Shown here piece after piece: positions 29,366 to 41,740 of a stretch of 64,000 nt of DNA. Each line of letters begins with the position of its first letter. Position 1 is the first letter of the stretch. Both the position numbers and the translations under genes were made by a program. The notes under the pieces are model-generated. The model was not told where the DNA came from. It ran no database searches and saw nothing but the letters and a program-made list of their open reading frames with translations. Origin of the DNA: Vicinamibacterales bacterium (lineage in GTDB: Bacteria > Acidobacteriota > Vicinamibacteria > Vicinamibacterales > UBA2999); the NCBI GenBank assembly GCA_050246635.1, contig JBFWVR010000002.1:145905-209904 (forward strand). Direction: 5' to 3'.

Positions 29366-30109
29366 TCAGCGCGCGAGCAAGGCGTCGAGCACCTGGCGGC
29401 GCCGCCGGCTCAGGGAGATCTCCTGGCCCGTCGTCAGCCGGATGACGTAGTCACCATGCCCCGCCGGCGCCAGCTCCGCGATACGCGTGACGTTGACGAT
29501 GGCCGAGCGGTGGACACGGGCGAACCGGACGGGATCGAGCACGTCCTCCAGCGCGTCCATCGAGGAGCGCAGGAGATCCGATCGACCGCCGGCGTGCAGC
29601 CGGCAATAGACGCCCTCCGCCTCCACCCAGTCGAGCTCGGCCACGCGCACGACACGCATGCGCCCCACTTCACGAATCACCAGCCGCTCGGCATACCGTG
29701 CGGCCGGCGACACGCCGTCGGTGAGCGGCGCCATGCCCCCGGCGGCTCGCGCCGCCAGCCGCTCGCGCAGGCGCACGATGGCCCTGGCAAACCGCGCATC
29801 GTCGAACGGCTTCAGCAGGTAGTCGACGGCGGGCGCGTCGAACGCGCGGACCGCATGCTCGTCGTAGGCCGTGACGAACACCACGAGCGGTGGCGGGTCG
29901 CCCCCGAGGCGTTCGACGACCTCGAAGCCGTCGAGTCGCGGCATCCGGATGTCCAGGAAGACGACGTCGGGCGACAGCCGGGCCGCCAGTTGGATCGCCT
30001 CACGGCCCGTCCGGCACTCGCCGGCGACGGTTGCGCCTGGCACCCCCTGCAGGAGGAGGCGCAGGTTCTCGCGCGCGAGCGGTTCGTCGTCCACAATCAG
30101 GACGCGCAC
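29366..30109 (-). CDS. LytTR-family response regulator
   Basis: REC domain (MRVLIVDDEPLARE...VVFLDIRMPRLDG) plus a LytTR DNA-binding domain (FARVHRSAIVNVTRI). Confidence 0.9.
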   Translation of the reverse strand: MRVLIVDDEPLARENLRLLLQGVPGATVAGECRTGREAIQLAARLSPDVVFLDIRMPRLDGFEVVERLGGDPPPLVVFVTAYDEHAVRAFDAPAVDYLLKPFDDARFARAIVRLRERLAARAAGGMAPLTDGVSPAARYAERLVIREVGRMRVVRVAELDWVEAEGVYCRLHAGGRSDLLRSSMDALEDVLDPVRFARVHRSAIVNVTRIAELAPAGHGDYVIRLTTGQEISLSRRRRQVLDALLAR

Positions 30110-31272
30110 GCGACGTCTCCGGTCGTGGTCGGCTCCGTCACCGGTTCCGCGGGCAGCACGAAGCGTGTCTCCACGCCGTCCCGCGTCGCCTGCACGGTCA
30201 GGCCGTGCCGGGCCGGATAGCGGCGGCGGAGACGCTCGATCGTGAGGGCCAGGCCCTCACCCGCGTCGTGCTCGAGCGCCCAGCCCTCCGGCAGCGTCGC
30301 GCCGCGGGTGGTGATGACGATGCAGAGGCGCCCGCCGATCACTCGGGCCTCGAGGCGCACGTGCCCGCTGGCTCCGCGCTCGACGCCGTGCACGATCGCG
30401 TTCTCGACCACGGGCTGCAGCAGCAGGCAGGGCACGCCCAGCCCGGATGCCTCGTCCGTGACGTCGACGTCCCAGGTGAGCACGTCCCCGAACCGGATGC
30501 GCTGAATCTCCAGGTACCGGCCCGCCAGCGCGACCTCCTCGGAGAGGGGAATCAGGTCACGTTGCTGGCCGTCGATGGCGGCGCGCAGGAGATCCCCCAG
30601 GCCCGCGATCATCGAGACCGCGCCGGCGCTGTCGCCCTTGCGCGCCAGCACGCTGACCGCGTTGAGGGCGTTGAAGAGGAAGTGCGGCTGGAGGCGCGCG
30701 CGAAGCACGTGCAGCTCGCTCCGGGCCAGCTCGCCGGTCAGGGCCGCGCGTTCGAGCTCCAGCGCCTGGGCCCGGGCCGCCGACTCGACCGCCTCGCCAC
30801 GATAGCGGAGCAGCGATCCCAGGCCGGCAATGGCGACGTAGAGGAAGAGGTCGACGGAGAATCCCGTCACGGTCGGCAGCAGGGCGCCCGTGGCCATCGC
30901 GCCGATGCGCCCGGTGATCGCCGCGCCGAGCACTGCCGACGTCGCTGTCGACGCGAACACCCAGAGCATCCCGATGGCGAGGTGGCCCGCGATCCGGAGT
31001 GCCAGCGCCGCACCGCGGCCGCCGAGCGGCCATGCGTAGCTGATCGCGACCAGCAGTGGCGCGGCCAGGGCCCACACGGTCCACCCGGGCACCGTCGCGA
31101 GAAGGACGGTGGTCCATGAGGCCGCCAGGCCCTGGCGGACGAGGTTGTCCTGCAGCGCCTTGGCGAAGATCGCCGCAACCACCGCCGTCGCGCCAAGGCT
31201 GACCGCCCAGGCCCGCCAGGTCAGGGCCAGGCGGGTCGGCGGCTCGGGGGGCGTCTGCATGCGGCTCAGCAT
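30097..31272 (-). CDS. LytS/YehU-type sensor histidine kinase
   Basis: N-terminal TM helices, His_kinase motif LQPHFLFNALNAV, HATPase N-box VENAIVHG. Alternative starts at 31293 (GTG) and 31260. Overlaps the regulator gene by 13 nt. Confidence 0.8.
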   Translation of the reverse strand: MLSRMQTPPEPPTRLALTWRAWAVSLGATAVVAAIFAKALQDNLVRQGLAASWTTVLLATVPGWTVWALAAPLLVAISYAWPLGGRGAALALRIAGHLAIGMLWVFASTATSAVLGAAITGRIGAMATGALLPTVTGFSVDLFLYVAIAGLGSLLRYRGEAVESAARAQALELERAALTGELARSELHVLRARLQPHFLFNALNAVSVLARKGDSAGAVSMIAGLGDLLRAAIDGQQRDLIPLSEEVALAGRYLEIQRIRFGDVLTWDVDVTDEASGLGVPCLLLQPVVENAIVHGVERGASGHVRLEARVIGGRLCIVITTRGATLPEGWALEHDAGEGLALTIERLRRRYPARHGLTVQATRDGVETRFVLPAEPVTEPTTTGDVACAS

Positions 31273-31489
31273 ACTGCGGGACCGGCCGTTCACTACCGCG
31301 GTGCTTCCACCTCCCTGCGCAGGCGCAGTGCGTGGCGTCCCCGCATGCGAAGGACGGCGATCGTGGCGCCGAGACGTGTGACACGTGGCGCCGCCCGTGT
31401 TGCGAAAGGGACGCGGTGGCCGGCGGGCCCGTCATTCGTCCCTCGGGCCTTGTTCCCGGCCACGGCGGGGACTAGGCTGGTCCCGCCAC

Positions 31490-34066
31490 ATGCGCCGGCT
31501 GAGGGTTCCCATGCGCAGCTCCCGCTTCGTCTCCCTGGCGGCCGCGCTCCTGGCAGCCGTCGTCGCCCTGTTGCCCGTGCGCCACGAATCGCCACGGCTC
31601 AATCTCCACGAGCCGGACGGCTTGGGCGCGGATGCCGCCGGCTTCGATGAGCCTCGCGCCGCTGCGGCATACGAGCAGGCCCGGCGCCGGCCGGCGGATC
31701 CATCGCTGGACACGCGACGGCTCTACCGGGACGCGAACGCCCGCGCCGCCCGCCTCCGCGTGTATGCCTCGCGAGCCGCCCGCGTGCTGCCCGCCGGCAC
31801 ACCGGCGCCGCGCATCTGGCTGGACGGCAGCGGCCACGCCCGCGCCACGGCCACCCGGCCGGGCACGGACACCCTGGATGCCTGGGAGCCGCTGGGACCG
31901 GGGAACATCGGCGGCCGTACGCGCGCGCTCCTCTTCCATCCGCACCGGCACGACACCGTCTACGCCGCCGGCGTATCCGGTGGCGTCTGGCGAACCGACG
32001 ATGCGGGCGCCTCGTGGCGACCGATCGGCGACGGGCTGTCGAACATCGCCGTCAACGCGCTGGTCATCGATCCCCGCGCACCGGACACGTTGCTGGCCGG
32101 GACGGGCGAGGGCTTCCTGCGCGAGGAAGTCCGGGGGACCGGGCTGCCGCTGAGGGGTGGTGGCATCTTCGTCACGCGCGATGCCGGCGAGACGTGGACG
32201 GCGCTCGAGGCGACGCTGACGCCCGACTTCTACTGGGTCAACGATCTCGTGCTGGGTGCGCGCGACAGCCGGCACGTCTTCGCAGCCACCCGCTCCGGGG
32301 TGTGGCGGTCCCTCGACGGCGGCACGACCTGGTCCTCGCTGCTCTCGACCGACGTCCGGGGCGGATGCCTCGACCTGGCCATCCGTCCCGATCGCGACGG
32401 CGACGAGCTCTTCGCCTCGTGCGGCTCCTGGGAACAGGCGACGGTCTACCGCTTCGCGGCCGCGGCGACGTCAGGGGAAGCGCAGGCGGTCCTGCGGGAA
32501 CCCGGCATGGGCCGCACCTCGCTGGCCATCGCGCCGTCGGCGCCCGACGTCATCTATGCCCTCGCCGCCAGCAACACCGCGGGCCCCACGGGCACGCGCG
32601 AGCAGGCCCTCCAGGCGGTGTATCGCTCCGACCGTGGGGGCGTGCCGGGGTCCTGGGAACCACGCGTCACCGGCGCGGACCGCGACCCGCTGCCGACGCT
32701 GCTGCTCACAAACCCGATCTCCGCGACCCTGCGGGAGTGCTCGGGCGACCCACGCACTGGCAACAGCATCACCAACATGGGTTGGTACACCAACGTCATC
32801 GCGGTCGATCCCGCCGATCCCGACCGCGTCTGGGCCGCGGGCGTCGACTGGTTCCGGTCGGACGATGGGGGCCGGACGTGGGGCCTGGCGTCGTTCTGGT
32901 GGGATGCGGAGGCGGCAAGCTTCGCGCACGCCGACCAGCATGCCATCGCCTTCCATCCAAGCTACGACGGGGAGGCCAACCAGATCGTGATCGTCGGCGG
33001 GGATGGCGGGCCCTACCGGACGGACACGGCGCGGGCGCGCGTCGCAACGGGCAGCCGCGCCACGTGCGACCCGGCCGCGTCCGCGGTGCGCTGGCAACCG
33101 CTGAGCCACGGCTACGGGGTCACGCAGTTCTATCACGGCCTGCCCTTTCCGGACGGCGAGCGGTACCTCGCCGGCGCGCAGGACAACGGGTCGATCTTCG
33201 GCAGCGACCTCCGCGGGGCGGACGACTGGGTCACCGTGCTTGGCGGCGACGGCGGTTACGTCGCCGTCGATCCCACCGAGCCGAACACCTTCTACGCCGA
33301 GTCGCAGTGGGCCAACATCCGCCGGACGCGCGACGGCGGGTTCAACTGGACGGACGCGACGGCCGGGCTCGATCGCCCGACGGGCGACGCGCTCGGCCCC
33401 GACGCCAACTACCTCTTCGTCACCCCGCTCGTGATGGATCCCTCACGGGCGACGCGCCTGTGGACCGGTGGGGACTTCCTCTATCGCACCGACACGAGCG
33501 CCACACGGTGGTCGAAGGCCAGCACCAGGCTGCCGGAGGCGGGCCGCGCCAGCGCGCTTGCCGTGTCGCCGCACGACTCCAACCGGGTGGCCGCCGGCAC
33601 CGACCAGGGCGACGTGCTGATCACGGACGCCGGCGGCACCGCCACGGCGTCCACCGAGTGGATCGCGACCCGGGCGCGCGACGGCTGGGTCACGTCCGTG
33701 ACCTGGGCGCCGGACGCCCCCGACACGCTCTACGCGACCTACGGAAACTTCGGGGGCCGCCACGTGTACGTGAGCCACGACCGCGGCGCCACGTGGGCCC
33801 CGCTCGACGGCGATGGCGAGCAGGCCCTGCCCGACATCCCGGTCCACAGCCTCGTCGTCGATCCCGACGACCCGGCCCGCATCTACCTGGGCACGGACCT
33901 CGGCGTCTTCGTCAGCACCACTGGTGGAGGCACCTGGATGACCGAGGCCACTGGCTTCGGGCCCGCCGTCACGGAATGGCTCGCACTGATCCGTGACACC
34001 TCGGGAAGGAAACGCCTCTTCGCCTTCACCCACGGCCGCGGGGCCTGGCGCGTGACGTTGCGGTAG
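31490..34066 (+). CDS. Secreted BNR/Asp-box repeat beta-propeller protein (sialidase/Ycf48-like fold)
   Basis: Signal/anchor SSRFVSLAAALLAAVVALLP. Seven Asp-boxes: TDDAGASW, TRDAGETW, SLDGGTTW, SDDGGRTW, TRDGGFNW, SHDRGATW, STTGGGTW. Confidence 0.75.
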   Translation: MRRLRVPMRSSRFVSLAAALLAAVVALLPVRHESPRLNLHEPDGLGADAAGFDEPRAAAAYEQARRRPADPSLDTRRLYRDANARAARLRVYASRAARVLPAGTPAPRIWLDGSGHARATATRPGTDTLDAWEPLGPGNIGGRTRALLFHPHRHDTVYAAGVSGGVWRTDDAGASWRPIGDGLSNIAVNALVIDPRAPDTLLAGTGEGFLREEVRGTGLPLRGGGIFVTRDAGETWTALEATLTPDFYWVNDLVLGARDSRHVFAATRSGVWRSLDGGTTWSSLLSTDVRGGCLDLAIRPDRDGDELFASCGSWEQATVYRFAAAATSGEAQAVLREPGMGRTSLAIAPSAPDVIYALAASNTAGPTGTREQALQAVYRSDRGGVPGSWEPRVTGADRDPLPTLLLTNPISATLRECSGDPRTGNSITNMGWYTNVIAVDPADPDRVWAAGVDWFRSDDGGRTWGLASFWWDAEAASFAHADQHAIAFHPSYDGEANQIVIVGGDGGPYRTDTARARVATGSRATCDPAASAVRWQPLSHGYGVTQFYHGLPFPDGERYLAGAQDNGSIFGSDLRGADDWVTVLGGDGGYVAVDPTEPNTFYAESQWANIRRTRDGGFNWTDATAGLDRPTGDALGPDANYLFVTPLVMDPSRATRLWTGGDFLYRTDTSATRWSKASTRLPEAGRASALAVSPHDSNRVAAGTDQGDVLITDAGGTATASTEWIATRARDGWVTSVTWAPDAPDTLYATYGNFGGRHVYVSHDRGATWAPLDGDGEQALPDIPVHSLVVDPDDPARIYLGTDLGVFVSTTGGGTWMTEATGFGPAVTEWLALIRDTSGRKRLFAFTHGRGAWRVTLR

Positions 34067-34116
34067 CACCGGCAACGATACGCCCGGACACCGGCAGACA
34101 ACGGTCCCTTCGGGGG

Positions 34117-34133
34117 GCACGGAGGCACGGAGA
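34117..34133. repeat. 8-mer repeat GCACGGAG x2 with degenerate continuation to about 34170
   Basis: GGCACGGAGGCACGGAG, then AAGGCAGG GAGATACG GAACACGG. Same unit as 41583-41614. Confidence 0.55.
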
Positions 34134-34200
34134 AGGCAGGGAGATACGGAACACGGCAAGCAGGCAGGAGAGCACGCACGCCCGTCCACCCGTGCGTGAC

Positions 34201-36042
34201 TCAGGCGATCGACTCGCGGATCGTCTCGAGCACCACCTCGCCGAGGTCCTCGGCCTTCTTCGCCCCGACGCCGTAGACGTGCTGCAGTGCCTCCATCGTC
34301 GTCGGGCGCAGGCGCGCGAGCTCGCGGAGCGTGGTGTCGTGGAAGATGACGTAGGGCGGCACATGGCGCGCCCGGGCCACCTCGAGGCGCATGGCCCGCA
34401 GGGCTTCGAACAGGTCGCGGTCCACGCCTTCCCACGATTCGGCCTCCACACGCGAGCGGCGCGGGAGCCGGCCCTTCTCGGGTTTCTTCTGTCGCGCGAG
34501 TGAGAGGTCCGGGGCGGCGCCCGCGTCCTTCAGCACGGCCACCCCCTCGGGCGTGAGCTGGAGCACCGGGTAGTTGTCGTCGGTCTGCTGCAGGAGCCCG
34601 TGGGCCAGCAGCTGATCGATGTAGCCACGCACCTCGTCCACTGAGGCCTCGCGCAGCAGGCCGAAGACGGTCAGGTCCTGGTGTCCCCGCGACGTCACCT
34701 GTTCGTTCACCGATCCGCGCAGCACGTTGGTCACGTGCGCCGCGCCGAACCGCTGGCCCACCCGGGCCACCGATGAGAGGATCTTCCGCGCGAGCGTGAC
34801 GGGTTCGGCCACCGCCTCGAGCTCGCCCATGCAGTAGTCGCAGGCGCCGCAGTCGTCCTTCTCGAAACGTTCGCCGAAATACCCGACCAGCCGCTTGTGC
34901 CGGCACCCGACGCTGGCGGCATACCGCTCCATGTCGCGGAGCAGCGTGCGGCGCGCGTCTGACAGCTCGCCGTTCTTCTCGAGCATCGCGCGCCACTTCA
35001 GGAAGTCGGCCGCCGAGTAGATGAGCACGCACTCCGCCTCGAGCCCGTCGCGGCCCGCACGGCCAGACTCCTGCTGGTAGTGCTCCAGCGACTGCGGCGC
35101 GCCGGCATGCACGACGAACCGCACGTCCGAGCGGTCGATGCCCATGCCGAACGCGACCGTCGCGACCACGACATCCACGTCCTCGTTGAGGAAGGCGTCC
35201 TGGTTGCGGTGCCGCTCCTCGTCCGAGAGCCCGGCATGGTACGGCCGCGCCCGCCAGCCCTCCCCCTGCAGCCACTCGGCCAGCGTGTCGACCTCGCGGC
35301 GTGACGGGCAGTAGATGATCCCGGACTCACCGCGATGGCGGCTCATGATGTCCAGCAGCTGCCGCTTGAGCGTCGCGCGCGCGAGCACGCGGTAGACCAG
35401 GTTCGGGCGATCGAACGACCCGACCAGCGAGATCGGCTCACGCAGTCCCAGCTGCTCGACGATGTCGAGGCGCACGCGTGAGGTGGCGGTCGCCGTGTAG
35501 GCGTGCAGGCTGAGGTTCGGGAAGCGTTCGCGCAGCCGGGCCAGCTGGCGGTACTCCGGGCGGAAGTCGTGCCCCCACTGGCTGATGCAGTGCGCCTCGT
35601 CCACGGCGACGAAGCTGAGCGGGCGGGTGCCGACGAGCCCGAGGAACCCGTCGCTCCCCTCACCGACCAGCCGCTCCGGGGCCACGTAGAGCAGCCGGTA
35701 GCGTCCTTCCCGCACGCCACGGGCGACGGCGGCGCGCTCGTCCGACGGCATCGCGCTGTTGTAGCAGGCCGCGGCCACGCCGTTGCCGACGAGCGTGTCG
35801 ACCTGGTCCTTCATCAGCGAGATCAGCGGCGACACGACAATCGCGAGGCCGTCGCGGACGAGCGCGGGCGCCTGGAAGCAGAGGGACTTGCCACCGCCCG
35901 TGGGCAGCACGAGCAGCGAGTCCCGGCCTTCGAGCACGGCGTCCATGGCCTCGCGCTGGAGGGGGCGGAAGCTCGTGTAGCCCCAGTACTGCTCGAGGAC
36001 CGCGGCGAGGGAATCGGAATGCGGGGACGTCGTCGGAATCAC
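34201..36042 (-). CDS. recQ: ATP-dependent DNA helicase RecQ
   Basis: FRPLQREAM, LPTGGGKSLCFQ, DEAHCISQWGHDFRPEY, Zn motif CGACDYC, C-terminal HRDC. GTG at 36042 overlaps the MFS stop (GTGA). Confidence 0.9.
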   Translation of the reverse strand: MIPTTSPHSDSLAAVLEQYWGYTSFRPLQREAMDAVLEGRDSLLVLPTGGGKSLCFQAPALVRDGLAIVVSPLISLMKDQVDTLVGNGVAAACYNSAMPSDERAAVARGVREGRYRLLYVAPERLVGEGSDGFLGLVGTRPLSFVAVDEAHCISQWGHDFRPEYRQLARLRERFPNLSLHAYTATATSRVRLDIVEQLGLREPISLVGSFDRPNLVYRVLARATLKRQLLDIMSRHRGESGIIYCPSRREVDTLAEWLQGEGWRARPYHAGLSDEERHRNQDAFLNEDVDVVVATVAFGMGIDRSDVRFVVHAGAPQSLEHYQQESGRAGRDGLEAECVLIYSAADFLKWRAMLEKNGELSDARRTLLRDMERYAASVGCRHKRLVGYFGERFEKDDCGACDYCMGELEAVAEPVTLARKILSSVARVGQRFGAAHVTNVLRGSVNEQVTSRGHQDLTVFGLLREASVDEVRGYIDQLLAHGLLQQTDDNYPVLQLTPEGVAVLKDAGAAPDLSLARQKKPEKGRLPRRSRVEAESWEGVDRDLFEALRAMRLEVARARHVPPYVIFHDTTLRELARLRPTTMEALQHVYGVGAKKAEDLGEVVLETIRESIA

Positions 36043-37322
36043 GTGTCGGACTGGCCTTCCACCGGCTGCGGCGCCGGCATCGTCAGGATACCGCGCTCGA
36101 TGTAGATTGGGCGCACGATCGCGCGCAGTTCGGGCAGCGCCCGGAAGAACCACAGGCCGGCCAGGGCGCAGCAGATGCCGCCGCCCACGATGGTCGGTGC
36201 CGTGCCGATGCGGTCCGCGACCACCCCGGCCAGCAGGCTTCCGATGGGCGCCATGCCGAGGAACGCCGTCGCGTAGAACGCCATGACGCGGCCCCGGAGC
36301 TCCTCGGGCACGAGCGTCTGCACCACCGTATTGGTCGCGGCCAGCGCGATCATGAAGCCGGCGCCAATCGCCGGCAGGAGCGCGAGCGAGAGCATCAGGT
36401 CACGTGACAGGCCGAAGGCCGCGAGCGCGCTGCCGAAGACCAGCGTCCCGATGGCCATGTGGCGGCCCAGGCCCACCACCGTCGTGCGCGACGCCAGGTA
36501 CAACGCCCCACCCACCGCTCCCGCCCCGGACGCCGCCATCAGGAGGCCGAGGGTGTTGGCCGTGCCGCCGAGCACTTCCTTCGCCACGGCCGGCATCAGC
36601 ACGACGTAGGGCATCCCGAAGACGCTGGTGATCGCCACGAGCGTGAGCGCGGCCCGCACGGGCAGGAATCCGGAGATGTACTGGAAGCCGGCCCGGAAGG
36701 CCTCGCGGAGCGGCACCACCTCCTCGGGCGGGTTGACCTTCGGGACGCGCATCGCCAGCAGCGACGCGATGACCGCCGCGTAGGACACCGCGTCGACGAA
36801 GAAGCACCAGCCCTCGCCCACCGCCGCGATGATCGCCCCGCCGATCGCCGGGCCCACGATGCGGCTGCCGTTGACCATCGTGGAGTTCAGCGCGATTGCG
36901 TTGGAGAGGTCCGCGCGGTCTTCCACCATCTGGACGACGAAGGCCTGCCGGGCCGGCGTGTCGAAGGAGTTGATGACACCCTGGAGGAGCTGCAGGAGGA
37001 TGACGTGCGTGACCGTGATGACGCCGGACAGCGTCAGCACGGCCAGCGCGGCCGACTGGCCGACGGAGAGCACCTGCGTCCAGATCAGCACCTGGTGGCG
37101 GTCGCGCCGGTCGATGAGCACACCGGCGAGGGGCGACAGGACGAGCATGGGGATCTGGCCGGCGAACCCGACCACGCCGAGGAGGAGCTCGGAGCCCGTC
37201 AGGCGGTACACGAGCCAGCCGGTCGCGACGCGGGTGATCCACGTCCCGACCAGCGACACACTCTGCCCGGCAACGAAGAGCCGGAAGTTGCGATGGCGGA
37301 GGGAGCGCAGGAGCGACTGCAC
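36039..37322 (-). CDS. MFS transporter (EntS/MFS_3-like)
   Basis: LRHRNFRLFVAGQSVSLVGTWITRVATGWLVY, 12 predicted TM helices. GTG start. Confidence 0.85.
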   Translation of the reverse strand: MQSLLRSLRHRNFRLFVAGQSVSLVGTWITRVATGWLVYRLTGSELLLGVVGFAGQIPMLVLSPLAGVLIDRRDRHQVLIWTQVLSVGQSAALAVLTLSGVITVTHVILLQLLQGVINSFDTPARQAFVVQMVEDRADLSNAIALNSTMVNGSRIVGPAIGGAIIAAVGEGWCFFVDAVSYAAVIASLLAMRVPKVNPPEEVVPLREAFRAGFQYISGFLPVRAALTLVAITSVFGMPYVVLMPAVAKEVLGGTANTLGLLMAASGAGAVGGALYLASRTTVVGLGRHMAIGTLVFGSALAAFGLSRDLMLSLALLPAIGAGFMIALAATNTVVQTLVPEELRGRVMAFYATAFLGMAPIGSLLAGVVADRIGTAPTIVGGGICCALAGLWFFRALPELRAIVRPIYIERGILTMPAPQPVEGQSDT

Positions 37323-37345
37323 AGCCTGATCGTACCCTGATCGAG

Positions 37346-37393
37346 ACGAAGGTCACGAAGGGTACGAAGGGCGCGAAGGGCACGAAGGGCGCG
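37346..37393. repeat. 9-mer tandem repeat ACGAAGGGN x5 (left arm of inverted pair)
   Basis: ACGAAGGTC ACGAAGGGT ACGAAGGGC GCGAAGGGC ACGAAGGGC. 37346-37388 is identical to 46759-46801. Preceded by CTGATCGA (37337-37344). Confidence 0.95.
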
Positions 37394-37414
37394 CCTCCCA
37401 TCGTGGCAGGGGGG

Positions 37415-38242
37415 TCACTGCAACGTGTCGAACCGTCGCTTCAGGCGAGACCGTTCGTGCTCCGCCGCCTCCACATCCTGTCTCGTGCGACTGATCCGGC
37501 TCGACAGGTCGCGCACCTCGGCTGCGGCTTCGTCCAGCGCGGCCTGGCGGCGGTCGCGTTCACGTTCGGCGCGCCCCAGCGCTTTGGTCAGGCTCTCGAG
37601 AGCCTTCTCGACCTCGCGGCTCCTCGCGACGGCCGCGTCGAGCTCCGCCTGGGCCGTTGCGACCGCGCGGGCCTTCTCCTTTGCCGCGGCGGCGTCCGTG
37701 GCCGCGCCCTTCTGCAACCGCAGGGCCGGCGGGGCCTTGCTCGCCCGCGGCGCCGCCTTCGGGGCGCGCGCGATGATGCCGGCGTAGGCCTCGAAGCCCG
37801 TCGCCGGCGTGAGCGGTTTCGCGAGCCGCCCGAACGGCTCCGCCGTCGGCAACGCGCGCAGGGTATCGGTCACCGCGGCCAGGACGGCGGGCGACGCCGT
37901 CTCGCCACTCTCGGCCAGCGCGGCCTTCGCCGCGTCGTTGGCTCGCGCCAGCGCCTCCCCGTGCGCGGTCTCGGCGCCGCGCAGGTCCGCGTCTTCCCCG
38001 CTGACGAGCCGCCGGTGCGCCACTCGCAGCGCCTCGGACGCCTTCACGAGCCGATCGAACACGACGCGGTCGCGCCAATACACCTGGTTCACCGCCCACG
38101 CCGCGAGCTGCGGCTTCACGAGCTTCCTGATCGCGGCGCCCTCCGCGCCGCCGGCCCGCTTCGCCAGCGCATTCCGCGCCTCCGTGAAGCCTTCCGGCGG
38201 CCCCTGATAAAGCGCATCGATCTCATCGTCGAACGAGGACAT
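37415..38242 (-). CDS. Hypothetical Ala/Arg/Glu-rich protein with C-terminal coiled coil
   Basis: 275-aa ORF MSSFDDEIDALYQGPPEGFTEARNALAKR...KPQLAAWAVNQVYW. The C-terminal 90 aa are heptad-like (AQAELDAAVARSREVEKALESLTKAL...). I recognise no family. Confidence 0.6.
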   Translation of the reverse strand: MSSFDDEIDALYQGPPEGFTEARNALAKRAGGAEGAAIRKLVKPQLAAWAVNQVYWRDRVVFDRLVKASEALRVAHRRLVSGEDADLRGAETAHGEALARANDAAKAALAESGETASPAVLAAVTDTLRALPTAEPFGRLAKPLTPATGFEAYAGIIARAPKAAPRASKAPPALRLQKGAATDAAAAKEKARAVATAQAELDAAVARSREVEKALESLTKALGRAERERDRRQAALDEAAAEVRDLSSRISRTRQDVEAAEHERSRLKRRFDTLQ

Positions 38243-38311
38243 GTCTGGAGGATACCCCGCCGGTTCCCGTACAAGACGACGGGCCGGAGGATTGCCCCCC
38301 GGCCCGCTGTC

Positions 38312-38356
38312 GTGCTTCGTGCCCTTCGAGTCCTTCGGACCCTTCGTGTCCTTCGA
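38312..38356. repeat. 9-mer tandem repeat NCCCTTCGN x5 (right arm, inverted)
   Basis: GTGCTTCGT GCCCTTCGA GTCCTTCGG ACCCTTCGT GTCCTTCGA then TCAG. 38339-38358 is identical to 46914-46933. Abuts and includes the nrdJ stop. Confidence 0.95.
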
Positions 38357-41221
<2,865 letters not shown>

Positions 41222-41405
41222 TGGACCTCCGTCGAATGGCGACACCTCTCCCCTCTGGGGTGTTCGCCCTAGCTATGCGTGACTCTTAGGCTTGGTGCGC
41301 GCGGGAGAAGTCGTCTGACACACGCTCGTCCGGCCTCGTTCCGCTCGGGCTGGCCACAGATTGCTGGGAGAAATCCGCGTCCAGTCGCATTCGCGCGCGA
41401 CGCCC

Positions 41406-41434
41406 AATATGCGCCTGTGAAAATCCGTTGTCAA
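41406..41434 (-). promoter_or_regulatory. Candidate sigma70 promoter of nrdJ (TTGACA-17 nt-CATATT)
   Basis: On the minus strand, TTGACA is at 41434-41429 and CATATT at 41411-41406 with a 17-nt spacer. This would give a ~180-nt leader. Confidence 0.4.
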
Positions 41435-41442
41435 GCTGTGAA

Positions 41443-41458
41443 CCACAAGATGTTGCGT
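41443..41458 (-). promoter_or_regulatory. Candidate NrdR box 1
   Basis: The minus strand reads ACGCAACATCTTGTGG, matching 12/16 of the NrdR consensus acaCwAtATaTwGtgt. Confidence 0.5.
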
Positions 41459-41474
41459 TTTTCTTTTAGGTCAG

Positions 41475-41490
41475 ACGCAAGATGCTGCGA
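41475..41490 (-). promoter_or_regulatory. Candidate NrdR box 2
   Basis: ACGCAAGATGCTGCGA matches 10/16 of the consensus. Centre-to-centre distance to box 1 is 32 bp, the spacing typical of tandem NrdR boxes. Confidence 0.45.
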
Positions 41491-41582
41491 AGTTCCACAG
41501 TTTTCGGATGTTTCGATATATTTTCGCTTAACGGATGGGTTTCTGCAACGTAAACCGGCGCCTGACCACGATCGCAATGCCT

Positions 41583-41614
41583 ACACGGAGACACGGAGGC
41601 ACGGAGACACGGAG
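41583..41614. repeat. 8-mer tandem repeat RCACGGAG x4 (left arm)
   Basis: ACACGGAG ACACGGAG GCACGGAG ACACGGAG. Confidence 0.9.
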
Positions 41615-41740
41615 CCTATCGGCTCCGATTTCAGATGTCAGATTGAAGACTGGAAGACTGACGATGATCGCGGATTCGCCCTGGCCTATAAGCTGCCAAT
41701 CTTCGATCTGAAATCCGCCTTCTGAGACCGGAGCCGCAGG

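Noticed and set aside
34173-34198. Hairpin CACGCACG-N10-CGTGCGTG right after the recQ stop as a terminator
   Set aside because: The stem is only 8 bp with a 10-nt loop and no U-run on either strand, which is too weak to call.
37415-38242. The 275-aa cassette protein as a transposase
   Set aside because: No DDE, HUH, Ser or Tyr recombinase motifs are visible. The sequence is Ala-rich and helical with a coiled coil. It is kept only as 'unknown cargo' in the cassette finding.
41222-41405. Cobalamin riboswitch in the long nrdJ leader
   Set aside because: I could not find a B12-box-like core or the conserved GGGAA/GCCACTG elements by eye. B12 riboswitches normally control B12-independent RNRs, not nrdJ. 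A covariance-model scan would be needed for certainty.
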